Positions 24,563-35,142 of a stretch of DNA of 64,000 nt are shown here, one piece after another. Numbering within the stretch: position 1 is the first letter of the stretch; the number at the start of each line of letters is the position of its first letter. Source of the DNA: Takakia lepidozioides (taxonomy: Eukaryota > Plantae > Bryophyta); NCBI GenBank assembly GCA_030704615.1, contig CM060731.1, forward strand, positions 72,726,001-72,790,000, in the 5' to 3' direction. The translations under genes were made by a program, and so were the position numbers. Under the pieces are notes generated by a model. It saw only the letters and a list, made by a program, of their open reading frames with translations, was not told where the DNA came from and searched no databases.

Positions 24563-25288
24563 TGTCGCGCACCTCACTTCGGTAAGCTCCCCCCTCAAGT
24601 CATAGATACTCGCTTGATGCGCGCGCCTAGCTCCCAACATGGCCGCCAGGCCAACTTGGAACTCCGGCTGCTCACCGGGGCATAACGGTCCCCCCTTTGA
24701 TCTCCCAAAGAACCCTCCAACGATTTGGAACCAGTGGAATTCCCTTTGGTAGTTGGCAGTCCGGAACAGCTCCCCACTCTTTGGTCGCTTTCCGGCTCGC
24801 TCGCTTACTAATTAGTTTTTGGTCACCAACGGGCTTGCACCGTTCTCGGGGTTACTACTCCATATATATACTTTTGTAGCTGTCCGCGGGGGTTTCACAA
24901 ACAACCATGCCATTTTATGGCGAACCACCACGAACACCCTCGACTCCCGGTGATGAGTCGCGGTGAGTCTTGGCCCACCCACCACGGCCCCTATGGACCG
25001 TGATGAGTCCCAAGACTCCCCACGACTCCCACCACGAGGTCTCCGCCCCAGGGTGAGTCCTATGCCAGCCCCACTAAGTCTCGCTAAGCTACCACCACCC
25101 CTTGTGGAGCCACCCCCACTGCAACCCGGTGTGCGGGGCTCCACCTAGTGAGCGCCTCCGCCTCCTTGAGTGCTTTGGGCACTCAAGGGTGCTTCAGCCC
25201 CCCTACCTATCGCTGCCACTGCCCCCACCACAGGGGCAGCCCCTCTTGTGTCCCGACCCCCCTGCCCTCAAGGCAAAGGGCCGCGACA
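24563..25288 (-). repeat. 3' LTR (726 bp)
   Basis: Direct repeat of 30733-31439; TG...CA termini. Confidence 0.96.
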
Positions 25289-26194
25289 CACACCCCTACC
25301 AACAGGGAGTCGATGTCCTCATCGGCTTGTCCATTTTGTGGAAACAAACATCCAAGTTGTGGCGTCCCACATCAAGGAGTTTGTTTCCGTACCATGGCGT
25401 CCCATGGCAAAGAACCAAACCCCACACTTGACTCTACTCTCCACTAGCTAGTTCGGCCGACTTCCTCCAAGTCTCGGCCAAGGGTGGAGCCTCTCAAGCT
25501 CCTCCCGGTGCACTCTTCTTGGCCTACTTCAAGGCCAAGGAATGATCCTCCCCGAGGATCGAATCACCTTACTGCAACAACATTGCTTGCGACCGCTCAT
25601 GATGCCGCTTTTGGCATCACCTTGAGCAAGGGTTCACCTCGAACCCTCTTTGACTAGGAAGATAACCTTGAACCAACCGCGCGCCCCAATCACTACAATT
25701 GGGTCCGCCTTGGAATGTTGGCCTGAGGTACGGAAACACGCCGAAGCCGCACTACGACTTCGTCCCGAGGCTACACGATTATAATACGTGAACGGAAGCA
25801 CGTAGCTTCCGCGTTAGCCCGCACTACAAAGCAACCCCCTCGGTAGCGCAGTTATAGTATGCGCACGCGCCAGGTGCGCACTAGCACGTGAACTCCTAAG
25901 GAATGCGCAAGTTTTCTTGCCCCTTGGATGGGAGTCACCCGATTTCGATACTGCGCAAACACACGATTAACCCAATTTACCTCTCCCACTTTTGTAAGCT
26001 AGCATGCATTCTACACACTAGCCAACCACACCATGCATCACCTTTCCAAACAAAATAGGACGCACAACATTTGGAACCCATTTCCTTTATAACAAATTTT
26101 TGTACAGTACAAGTTTTTGCAATCGGATTCCTAAGCTAGCTAAGCCGGGCTAAGCATGCATTTCCTCCCCCACGCTCCAAGGTTGATGTCCCCA

Positions 26195-29100
26195 TCAACG
26201 CTTCTTCCGCTTTTGAGGTCGCCCTTCGAAAACTGCAACCGCCTTGGATGCGTTTCCCATTTCTGAGGCACGCACCCAAGATGCCTCCACATGATGATAG
26301 CCCTTCCATTTGACGAGATACTCCGTTTCTCGGTTCTTGAACCTCCTCGACTTAAGTACTGCCTCCACCTCATACTCAGGTTCATTTTCATGATCCAACA
26401 GCACAGGTGGCGGACGCAACACTTGATGCCGATTCGGACGCGCTTCATCTTTGAAGTAAGGCTTCAAAAGGGAGACGTGGAATACTGGATGCACCTTGCT
26501 GTTTGCCGGCAGCTCCAATTCATACACATCCTCATTCATAACCTTCCAGATGCGAAAGGGTCCCGCATATGGAGGTACGAACTTTGGACTCACTTCCGGA
26601 GGTAGTCGGAAATTCTTGATGTTCAACCAGACCTCCGTGCCTGCCTCAAACTTCACTTCCCTCCGCTTCCGATTCGCCTGTCTTTCATACCGTTTCCTAG
26701 CTTTGGCAATGTTGTACTTTGCGAGCTTCAACAAACGCTCGCGTTCTTCCAGTACCGCCGCTACTGTCAGTTCCTCAACGTCCTAGGCGGCCCAACTTGT
26801 CGGCACCAGAGGTGCTTTTCCATAGACCAATACGAAAGGGGAAACTCCTGTTGCGGAGTGTTCTGTGTTATTATAACAGAACTCTACCGCGTCTAAGTGT
26901 TCCACCCAGTCTGTTTGGTCTGCCGACACGTAATTCCGCAAGATCTGCTTCACTACAGAATTCACTCTTTCCATTTGACCGTCGGTCGTAGGTCGGAAGG
27001 CGGTGCTCATCTTCAGCCTCGTCCCCATTTTCTTCCAAAGTGCCCTCCAAAATTTACTCGTAAACTTTGGATCGCGGTCCGAGACAATATCCTTCGGGAC
27101 TCCATGATGCTTTAAGACGTGGGCGAAGTAAAGTCGCCCTGTTTCTTGCGCCGTTGCCGTCTCCTTGGTGGGGATGAAATGGCCCATTTTACTGAACCTA
27201 TCCACCACCACCATGATTGCATCGAATCTTTTTGACAGCGGCATAGCAGTCATGAAATCCATCGAGACGCTTTCCCAAGTCCCCTCTGGAATTGGCAAGG
27301 GTTGTAACAGCCCCGCTTGCTTTTTGTACTCGCTCCGGTTTTGTTGGCATGTGGAGCATGTCTTGACATACTCCTCTGCCTCCTCCCTCAGTTTGGGCCA
27401 GAAATACTCTTTCTTCAAGAGTGCCGCAGTGCGCTTGGCTCCGCCGTGGCCCGCAAGCGGGCTATCATGGCATTCTCTCAAGAGGCTATCTCTGATCCAT
27501 CCCTTCGGCATGTAGAGACGCTTTTGCTTATACCGGAGCAGTCCATTTTGCAAGTGGAACTGCAATTTAATCCCCATCCTCAAGTCCTGCATCACGGACT
27601 TCTCCAGATCATCCTTCCGGCAAGCCTTCCGGATCTTCCTTTGGAGCGCCGTCTTGCCCCTATACACCAACATGAGCTGCTGCTTTCTACTTAAAGCATC
27701 GGCCACCACGTTGTCCTGTCCCGGTTTGTACTGGATATCCACGTTGAACACCGCCAAAGTATCTTGCCACCTAAGTTGTTTTGGGGACAACTTGGGCTGC
27801 GTGGCAAAATACTTCACCGTGACATTGTCCGTGAACACCTTCACTGGGTTGGAACCAACATAGTGGCGCCACAGCTCAAGACAGTGCACCACCGCCTTCA
27901 TCTCTTTCTCGTGCGTCGGCCACCGTCGCTCCACTTCATTCAGTTTCTTACTTTCGTAAGCCACTGGACATCCATCTTGCATCAGTACACCCCCAATCGC
28001 GAAGTCCAACGCATCTGTATGAATCTCGAACGGACGATCGAACTCCAGGATTTTCAAGACTGAAGCTTCCGCCATCCGCTGCTTCAATTCAGCAAAAGCT
28101 TGGCCACAAAAGGTGTTCCATGCCCGACTTTGGATTTACACAGAAGGTCTGACAGCAGCCTCGCGATCTTGGCGAAATTTCTCACATACTTCCGGTAATA
28201 GGAGGCGAGTCCTAGGAATGATCGCACTCCCGGGACCGAAGTCGGAGGCTCCCAGTCCAAGATTGCCCTCACCTTCCTGTCATCCATTTTGATCCCATCC
28301 TGTGTAATCACATGCCCCATGAACTCCACTTTTGTGACCCCGAATTCGCACTTTGAAGCTTTGGCATACAGCTTCCGTTCCCGCAATTTCTGGAACACCC
28401 TTTTGAGGTGCTCCAGGTGCTCCTCCTTTGTTTTCGAATACACCAAGATGTCGTCGATGTACACGATCACAAAGTCATCCAACCACTCCTGGAAAAGGTT
28501 GTTCATCAGCGTGCTAAAGGTCGTGGGAGCGTTGGTGAGTCCAAAAGACATCACCAAGAACTCATATGAACCATACCTTGTCCTGCACGCGGTCTTCTCC
28601 TCATCTCCTTCCGCCAGTCGAATTTGATGATAGCCGGAGCGCAGATCGATCCGGCTGAAATACTTTGCTCCTGCCAACCGATCGAAAAGGTCGTCAATCC
28701 TTGGCAAAGGGTACCGGTTTTTTATAGTCACCTTATTCAAAGCCCTGTAATCGACACACATCCGCAGCGTCCCATCCTTCTTGTCTGCGAATAGCACCGG
28801 GGCTCCGTAAGGTGACTTACTCGGCCGGATGTACCTCTTTGACATTAGATCTTTGAGCTGAGTCTTCAGCTCGACCAACTCTCTGTGGCTCAACCGGTAG
28901 GGCGCCTTGGCAGGCGGTTCCGATCCCGGTATCACCTCAATCTTGTGGTCAACTCCTCTTCGCGGTGGCAAGCCGCTTGGTAAATCCTCCGGCATCACAT
29001 CCTGGTATTTCTCCAAAATCCCCTTGATCCAATCTGGGCTCGGCTCCCCATCGCCTTCTCCCTTCACTTCTCTAATGTGGAGCAAAAATTGGGGCTCATG

Positions 29101-29370
29101 TGCCTCCTCCACGGCCCACTCCCTTGCTGACAGAAGGTTTATTCGCCCTCCCACGGGTTTGGGCGTTTCCGACACTCGTAAGACCTCGCCACCATTCCCA
29201 CATGGCAGCGTGACTACTCTCTTGCGGCCATCTATGACCGCTCCGGATTTGCTCAAAAAGGTCATCCCCAAAATGAGATCTACTCCATCGATCTCGCAGA
29301 TGGTGAAATTCTCACGTCCCTCCCAACTCCCCAGTTGAAGAGGAACATCAAACGCCAACCTTGTCGCCAA
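26195..29370 (-). pseudogene. Gypsy pol: protease end, RT, RNase H, integrase and chromodomain; one frameshift (~28100) and one stop (26783)
   Basis: [33 protein letters not shown], integrase HH-CC, SMDFMT, VSDRDPKF, GPFRI, VHPVFHVSLLK, and chromodomain EYEVEAVL..EYLVKWKGY..ASWV. Confidence 0.95.
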
Positions 29371-30731
29371 TTGCGGTTCTCCTTTGGCTGCGACGCTCTT
29401 GTGTCCACCAACAACGACACGTTAGTTCCGGATATTATCCCATCCACGAACAATAATTGACTCCCTTTACGTAAGGCGCCAGTTTCCTGATACAACTCAC
29501 AAGAGAATTTGCCTACCTTGCAAGTCCTGGCGACCACCGCTTCCACCAAGCGACTGATGGTATCTTCCGACAGCTCTGTGGTCACCCGAGTCATGTTCAA
29601 TTGCCGGGGCTTCGTGCACTTCTTGGCCATGTGCCCGGGCTCCCCGCAATTGAAACACACTCCATCAAAGGTCGCCTTCTGTCCGCCATAGGCCGCTCCA
29701 CCCGCTTTTCCTTTCGAAGCACCGGGTGCCGCCTTGACTTGTGAAGGCCCTCCCTTCGATTTCCACGTGCCATTGTCGCCGCGTGGCCTATCCCACTTCT
29801 TTTCCGGTCGGAAGGAGTCACCTTCCCGCCGGGTCTTCTTGTGGTTCAGCTCCGTACGGCCTTGTCTTTCACCCTTAGGGACATCTGAGAAACATTCAGC
29901 CCTCTCAATTGCCTCGTTCAAAGTCTTAGGTGACTTCTCCTCCAACTTCCGCCTGGCCCATGGGGCCAGTCCCGCCACAAAGTTGAAGACCATTTCTGGT
30001 TCTGCCATGTCCGCGACTTCGAGCAACAGCACATTGAAAGCCTGGACATATCCCCGAATGTCATCTGTTTGCTTCAAATTCCTCATCTTGTCCCGGGCGA
30101 GCCATGACGCGTTGAGGGGCACAAACTGCCTCTTCATCAATTCCTTGAACCCACTCCAGTTCAAGGTCTCCGGGCTTGGACCTCGGTCGTGAAGGCGTTT
30201 CTGCCACCATTGTTGAGCATAGCCCCTCAAATAGGTGGGAGCCACTTCCACCCGATCCTCGTCACTCAACTTGGCCGCCCGGAAGTACTGCTCTAGCTCC
30301 AAGAGCCAGGTGTTGAGTGCCTTCCGATTTCGGACACCCTCGAAGGTGCCGGGTTCCTTAGGCTTCACCTTAAACTTTGCCTTAGCGGAAGTGGCATTAG
30401 CCGCCTTCAACACGTCTTTCAACGTCCCGCCAAATTGCGCCAACAACCCTTCCCAGAAGGCTGCCGGCATGGGAGGCATCTGTTGGTCGGTCGGAGCTCT
30501 CAAGGATTCCTCAGGCTCCGACTCCTCAGATTCCTCCCGCTCTTGAGCGGCCTCGTTTTCGGAAACATGCATCGCTTCCTCAAATGGCCGCCTCGGTGAT
30601 ACGTCGCCCCCATTGGGCTCACCGGGATCATCATCTTTTGGGCCGTTCCGCTTTCGCTTTGGCTTGCTCGACCCCATGATGAGGCCAATCCCAAGGATGA
30701 TCGCGTACTGAACTCTAAGCTCTGATACCAA
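29280..30731 (-). CDS. Gypsy Gag with CCHC knuckle and start of protease (frameshift after LVDTRAS)
   Basis: [12 protein letters not shown], retrotrans_gag-like core, [22 protein letters not shown]. Confidence 0.9.
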   Translation of the reverse strand: MVSELRVQYAIILGIGLIMGSSKPKRKRNGPKDDDPGEPNGGDVSPRRPFEEAMHVSENEAAQEREESEESEPEESLRAPTDQQMPPMPAAFWEGLLAQFGGTLKDVLKAANATSAKAKFKVKPKEPGTFEGVRNRKALNTWLLELEQYFRAAKLSDEDRVEVAPTYLRGYAQQWWQKRLHDRGPSPETLNWSGFKELMKRQFVPLNASWLARDKMRNLKQTDDIRGYVQAFNVLLLEVADMAEPEMVFNFVAGLAPWARRKLEEKSPKTLNEAIERAECFSDVPKGERQGRTELNHKKTRREGDSFRPEKKWDRPRGDNGTWKSKGGPSQVKAAPGASKGKAGGAAYGGQKATFDGVCFNCGEPGHMAKKCTKPRQLNMTRVTTELSEDTISRLVEAVVARTCKVGKFSCELYQETGALRKGSQLLFVDGIISGTNVSLLVDTRASQPKENRNWRQGWRLMFLFNWGVGRDVRISPSARSME

Positions 30732-30732
30732 G

Positions 30733-31439
30733 TGTCGCGCACCTCACTTCGGTAAGCTCCCCCCTCAAGTCATAGATACTCGCTTGATGCGCGCGCCTAG
30801 CTCCCAACCTGGCCTCCGGGCCAACTTGGAACTCCGGCTGCTCACCGGGGCATAACGGTCCCCCCTTTGATCTCCCAAAGAACCCTCCAACGATTTGGAA
30901 CCAGTGGAATTCCCTTTGGTAGTTGGCAGTCCGGAACAGCTCCCCACTCTTTGGTCGCTTTCCGGCTCGCTCGCTTACTCACTAGTTTTTGGTCACCAAC
31001 GGGCTTGCACCGTTCTCGGGGTTACTACTCCATATATATACTTCTGTAGCTGTCCGCGGGGGTTTCACAAACAACCATGCCATTTTATGGCGAATCACCA
31101 CGAACACCCTCGACTCCCGGTGATGAGTCGCGGTGAGTCTTGGCCCACCCACCACGGCCCCTATGGACCGTGATGAGTCCCAAGACTCTCCACGACTCCC
31201 AGGGTGAGTCCTATGTCACCCCCACTAAGTCCCGCTAAGCTACCACCACCCCTTGTGGAGCCACCCCCACCGCAACCCGGTGTGCGGGGCTCCACCTAGT
31301 GAGCGCCTCCGCCTCCTTGAGTGCTTTGGGCACTCAAGGGTGCTTCAGCCCCCCTACCTATCGCTGCCACTGCCCCCACCACAGGGGCAGCCCCTCTTGT
31401 GTCCCGACCCCCCTGCCCTCAAGGCACAGGGCCGCGACA
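30733..31439 (-). repeat. 5' LTR (707 bp)
   Basis: Adjacent to the PBS; lacks a 19-nt segment (accacgaggtctccgcccc) present in the other LTR. Confidence 0.96.
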
Positions 31440-31789
31440 CGTGTAGTGATGTAATCATAGAAACAAAGATGTGAAACCTCTAGTAGTCATGTAGTCATAA
31501 GCTTATATGGCATGTCATCAATGTGTAGTAGTGGTGTAGTCATTTAGTCATAAGCTTACGTGGCACGTGTCTGACGTGTAGTATTGCGTATGACTACTAG
31601 TTATATAAACCAAGCCTATGTTCTTGGTCAACACTGTTTGACCGCGGCTCCTAGTCATGTAGTAAAACATATGACTACATTAGATTAAAATATATTAAAA
31701 TTCGCCCATCAATGGGTTTCATCACTTCGTACTCACACATATAAGGTTTAGATCACCCGTAGTCATAAAAACGTTAATCTGTAGTAGTG
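31440..31789 (-). mobile_element. CACTA end with intact TIR (CACTACTACAGATTAACG on the minus strand) and GTAGTCAT subterminal repeats; target of the Gypsy insertion
   Basis: The plus strand ends ...aaaacgttaatctgtagtagtg at 31789, with many gtagtcat/atgactac motifs. The flank reads ATA on the minus strand. Confidence 0.85.
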
Positions 31790-31838
31790 TATATGCTCAA
31801 TTGCATTTGCTACTCTCTGTAATCCAACAGGCATTCAC

Positions 31839-31922
31839 CTTTTTGCCTCAATTGTCCCACCATTGACTGGGGTCAGAAAAGTATTCATTCTACGGCTTAT
31901 CCTCGTCTATGTTACCTGTTCC
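31839..31922 (-). pseudogene. Exon encoding the first half of an OSB-type PDF motif
   Basis: Translation DEDKP*NEYFSDPSQWWDN*GKK followed by a GT donor (aag|gtgaat, 31838). The stops lie at the expected W (TAG from TGG) and R (TGA from CGA) positions. Confidence 0.7.
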
Positions 31923-32011
31923 TAGATACTTTCATGTTGTCACATTGGTAGTATCATGTCAAAGTCAATCCAAAGTATCAAAGGTTCACTCAACCAGCTA
32001 ACTTGCAAAAT

Positions 32012-33110
32012 TCAACCTGAATATTCAACAAGGGTTTTATCCAAAATGATATCCCCCACAATTCCACTTTTGCTGATGTCAGCGTGAACCTGCTTGCACT
32101 TCTCCAGGGCTCCTAGGCTGGCACACGCATTGAGAATACAAGAGAAGCTGACCCTATTAGGAGTCATCCTGTCTTGCTGCAATCTCTCATATGTCTCGAA
32201 AGCCACCATACCACATCCATGTTGAGCACACCCTTCGATCATGGTGTTCCATGATACTTTATCTCGTTTAGCCATATTGTCAAAAGCTTGACGCGCTCCC
32301 ATATTTTGCATACATGTCCACAAGCGCAGTCTCCAAATTTATGTAGCATGCAATTCCAAATTTAATGATGTCAGCATGGACCTCTTTGCCCTTCTCCAAG
32401 GCTCCTAGGCTGGCACATGCATTGAGAACACAAGTGAATGCGACCCTGTTGGGCGTTAGCCCTTTCTTTTGCATTTGTTCATACATCTCAACAGCCTCCC
32501 TGCCATACTCATGCGGAGCATATGCTGCAATCATGGTCCTCCATGAAACCACATCATGTTGTGTCATATTGTCAAACACTAGACAAGCATCCTTTATGCC
32601 CTTGCATTTTGCATTTATGTCAACAAGGGTATTCTCCAGGATAATATCTGGCACGATTCTAGATTTGCTTATGTCATCATGGACCTGTTTCCCTTTTTCC
32701 AGAGCTCTGAGGCGCATGCATTGAGAATACAAGTGAATGTGACCCTGTCAGGCGTCACCTCATCCTGTTGCATTTTCTCATAGATCTTGAAAGCTTCCAA
32801 TAGCGTCCCCATGCTGGGCATATCCTGCTATCAACAAACTCCAAGAGACCATCTCGTTTAGCACATGCTGTCGAACATTTGACGCACCTCTTTCATGCTG
32901 CCACATTTTGCATACATGTCGATAAGGCTATTATCCAAATTGATATAGGGCGCAATTTCAGCTTTCATGGTGTCAACATGCACCTCTTTGCCCCTTTTTT
33001 TCCAGGGCTCCCAGGCTGGAACACGCATTGAGAACACAAACAAACGTGACTGTGTTGGGTCTCACCCCTGCTTATTGCATTTGCCTGTACATCTGGAAAG
33101 CCTCCCTCTA
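32012..33110 (-). pseudogene. PLS-class PPR pseudogene
   Basis: Repeated NSLIDMYAKCGSM, DVVSWRTMIAAYA, PNRVAFTCVLNACASLGALEKGKEVH across frameshifted ORFs. Confidence 0.92.
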
Positions 33111-33428
33111 CGCTGACACTGATCACATGCGCTCAAGGATGCCATGACATCGTCCCTTCCCCGCGCTGCAAGACACCTTTCACGGTTGTCTTCGGGCATT
33201 TCGGGCAGTATCCAAAGAATTTGATGACGATGACGTGCTTACGAAAGGTGGCGACGATGACGTGGCACTATGGCACCCTATACCTGTTCTACGCTAAACT
33301 AGCTTCTGACCCTCGGTCGTCGCTAGAATTAGGATACTCAGGGCCGTTTTCAATGCATTAAGGGTCCAGCAATACAGAGGCCAAAATGAATATAGTGGTC
33401 GGATTTGCCAAAACAATTTAATTGCCTA

Positions 33429-34249
33429 TATAGCTTTGATTTGCCCCAAAGGTCATTTTTAGACGCTTCTCATTGTTTGATAATTGGGACTTGAATGCGG
33501 GCATGTGTGGTTGTGGCGGGGCCCGCAGGTGGCACAAGGGGTCGCGCAGGATGGGACAACCCCTACCCGGCGGGGTCAGTCTGCTTGGGTGAGCCGCCCC
33601 GGGGCGCGCGCAGGGGGAGCGAGAGGGGGAGCGAGTCTGTTGGGCCCACAAAACACGGGGAGCGAGTCTGTTGGGCCCACAAAACACCTGAAGATATGTA
33701 GATAAATAATTAATTATTTCAAGGGTTTGCAAAAAGCATCGGCTAGTGTGATGGTAAAGATCACCTTGTGACGAACGTGAGGTCTGATGTCCAAATCCTG
33801 GCAAGTGACATTGTGGCGGTAATGTGTGTTAATTATAAATATATATTTTGTTTGAGGAGGGTCTGAAGGTTGGAGTTAGGCGCTCGCCAGTTGGAGTCCG
33901 TTGTTGGTTAGTCCGCTCGCCAGTCAGTCCGCTCGTCAATCGCCAGTTTGCTGGTGAGTCCGCTCGCCAATCCGCCGGACTGGGTCAGTCCGCTCGCCAC
34001 TCGCCAGCTGGTCGGTCCGCTCGCCAGTTGGAGTTAGTCTCTTGAGGGTTTGGCCAGTCCGCTGGAAGGTCCGCTGCCGTTAAAGAACTAGGACTTAAGA
34101 AAAAATTCAGAATCTACACCCCGTGAAAGGGGGGTGGGTTCATGAGCTCACCCCATGGGCAGTACTGGCGGGGCCCATAGGTGCATTCAAGTCCCAATTA
34201 TTAAAAAATCAGAGGCTTTTTAAACAACTTATAAGGGCAATAACTCTAT
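33429..34249. mobile_element. MITE/foldback-like element with ~65-bp degenerate TIRs and internal GTCCGCTCGCCA repeats
   Basis: ataattgggacttgaatgc (33480-33498) is the exact reverse complement of 34183-34201, and weaker similarity extends outward. Confidence 0.6.
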
Positions 34250-34523
34250 GACGTTTTTTGTTCTTAAATATATTAAGGTTTTTAATGCGCGCGCACCCCA
34301 CCAATAGGGGCCCATGGAGTCATCCGATGGGCCTCCCCGAGGGTCCAGAGGGGTCCACTAGGTCATAGGCCGGGCCCACCAGGTCTCTAGAGGATCCACT
34401 GTGCAGGTCAAAGGCCTAGGCACCCGCCCATGGCATGCTAGAAGAAATGAAGACTTAGGAACATTTTGGGATAAAATAAATATTAAGGTCTTTGATGGTT
34501 CGGGCACCGCAAGTGGGTAGTTG

Positions 34524-35142
34524 CAGCCTATGGTGGACCAAAATGAGACACACCATCCTCAACCATTGGATTCGCTTCAATTTACGATCTCAACAGTCTA
34601 TTATTTGACCATTAAAGATTTTATTTTCAAATCGCAATAGTTTCAGATCACGATAGTTTTTTTCAAATTTGACCTTGATCCACCCCGGGGGTCTACCCTT
34701 GGTCTATGTATTTAATGAGGTAGTGTTGATATTTCAAAGAATTCTATATGTAAAGGACTTTCCGAAAATAGTTATTTTGAATGCTCAAAATACTACATAA
34801 AGTCTCTTTTACTTAATATTTTTGAGTGGATGTTTTCATTCTAGATTCTGTATCCCTCAAAGCACATTTGGTGTTACTAATTGTCTCATGCTTTAAAAAA
34901 ATCCATAACGGCCTTTTCTATGGACTATAACAAATCCTTATGGACTTGTTCAAAAGTCCATTATTTCTAACCATTTGCTTTTTTGGTTATGAGACTTGGA
35001 ATAGGGGAATATATGTAGTTGAGCCTTCATAACTTAGTCCTTTTTTACTATCAGCCTTGCCATTTAGGAGTATGATAATTTACAACTAATCAAGGTCCAA
35101 AAAAACAGTGTTGTGACAACATTTTTGGTCCACCGTAGGCTG
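34524..35142. mobile_element. MITE with ~22-bp TIRs (CAGCCTAYGGTGGACCAAAA), between two ~190-bp degenerate direct repeats
   Basis: cagcctatggtggaccaaaa at 34524 and ttttggtccaccgtaggctg ending at 35142. The flanks 34305-34480 and 35142-35345 resemble each other. Confidence 0.6.

Larger units (their letters stand above)
24563..31439 (-). mobile_element. Full-length Ty3/Gypsy chromovirus LTR retrotransposon
   Basis: LTRs at 24563-25288 and 30733-31439 with TGTCGCG...CGCGACA ends. TSD CGTGT (24558-24562 / 31440-31444). tRNA-iMet PBS tggtatcagagc (30730-30719). PPT-like ggtaggggtgtg next to 25289. Domain order gag-PR-RT-RH-INT-chromo. Confidence 0.97.

Noticed and set aside
26291-30546. Plus-strand ORFs overlapping gag-pol, and ORFs within the LTRs
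   Set aside because: They are antisense shadows of coding or GC-rich sequence with no recognisable motifs.
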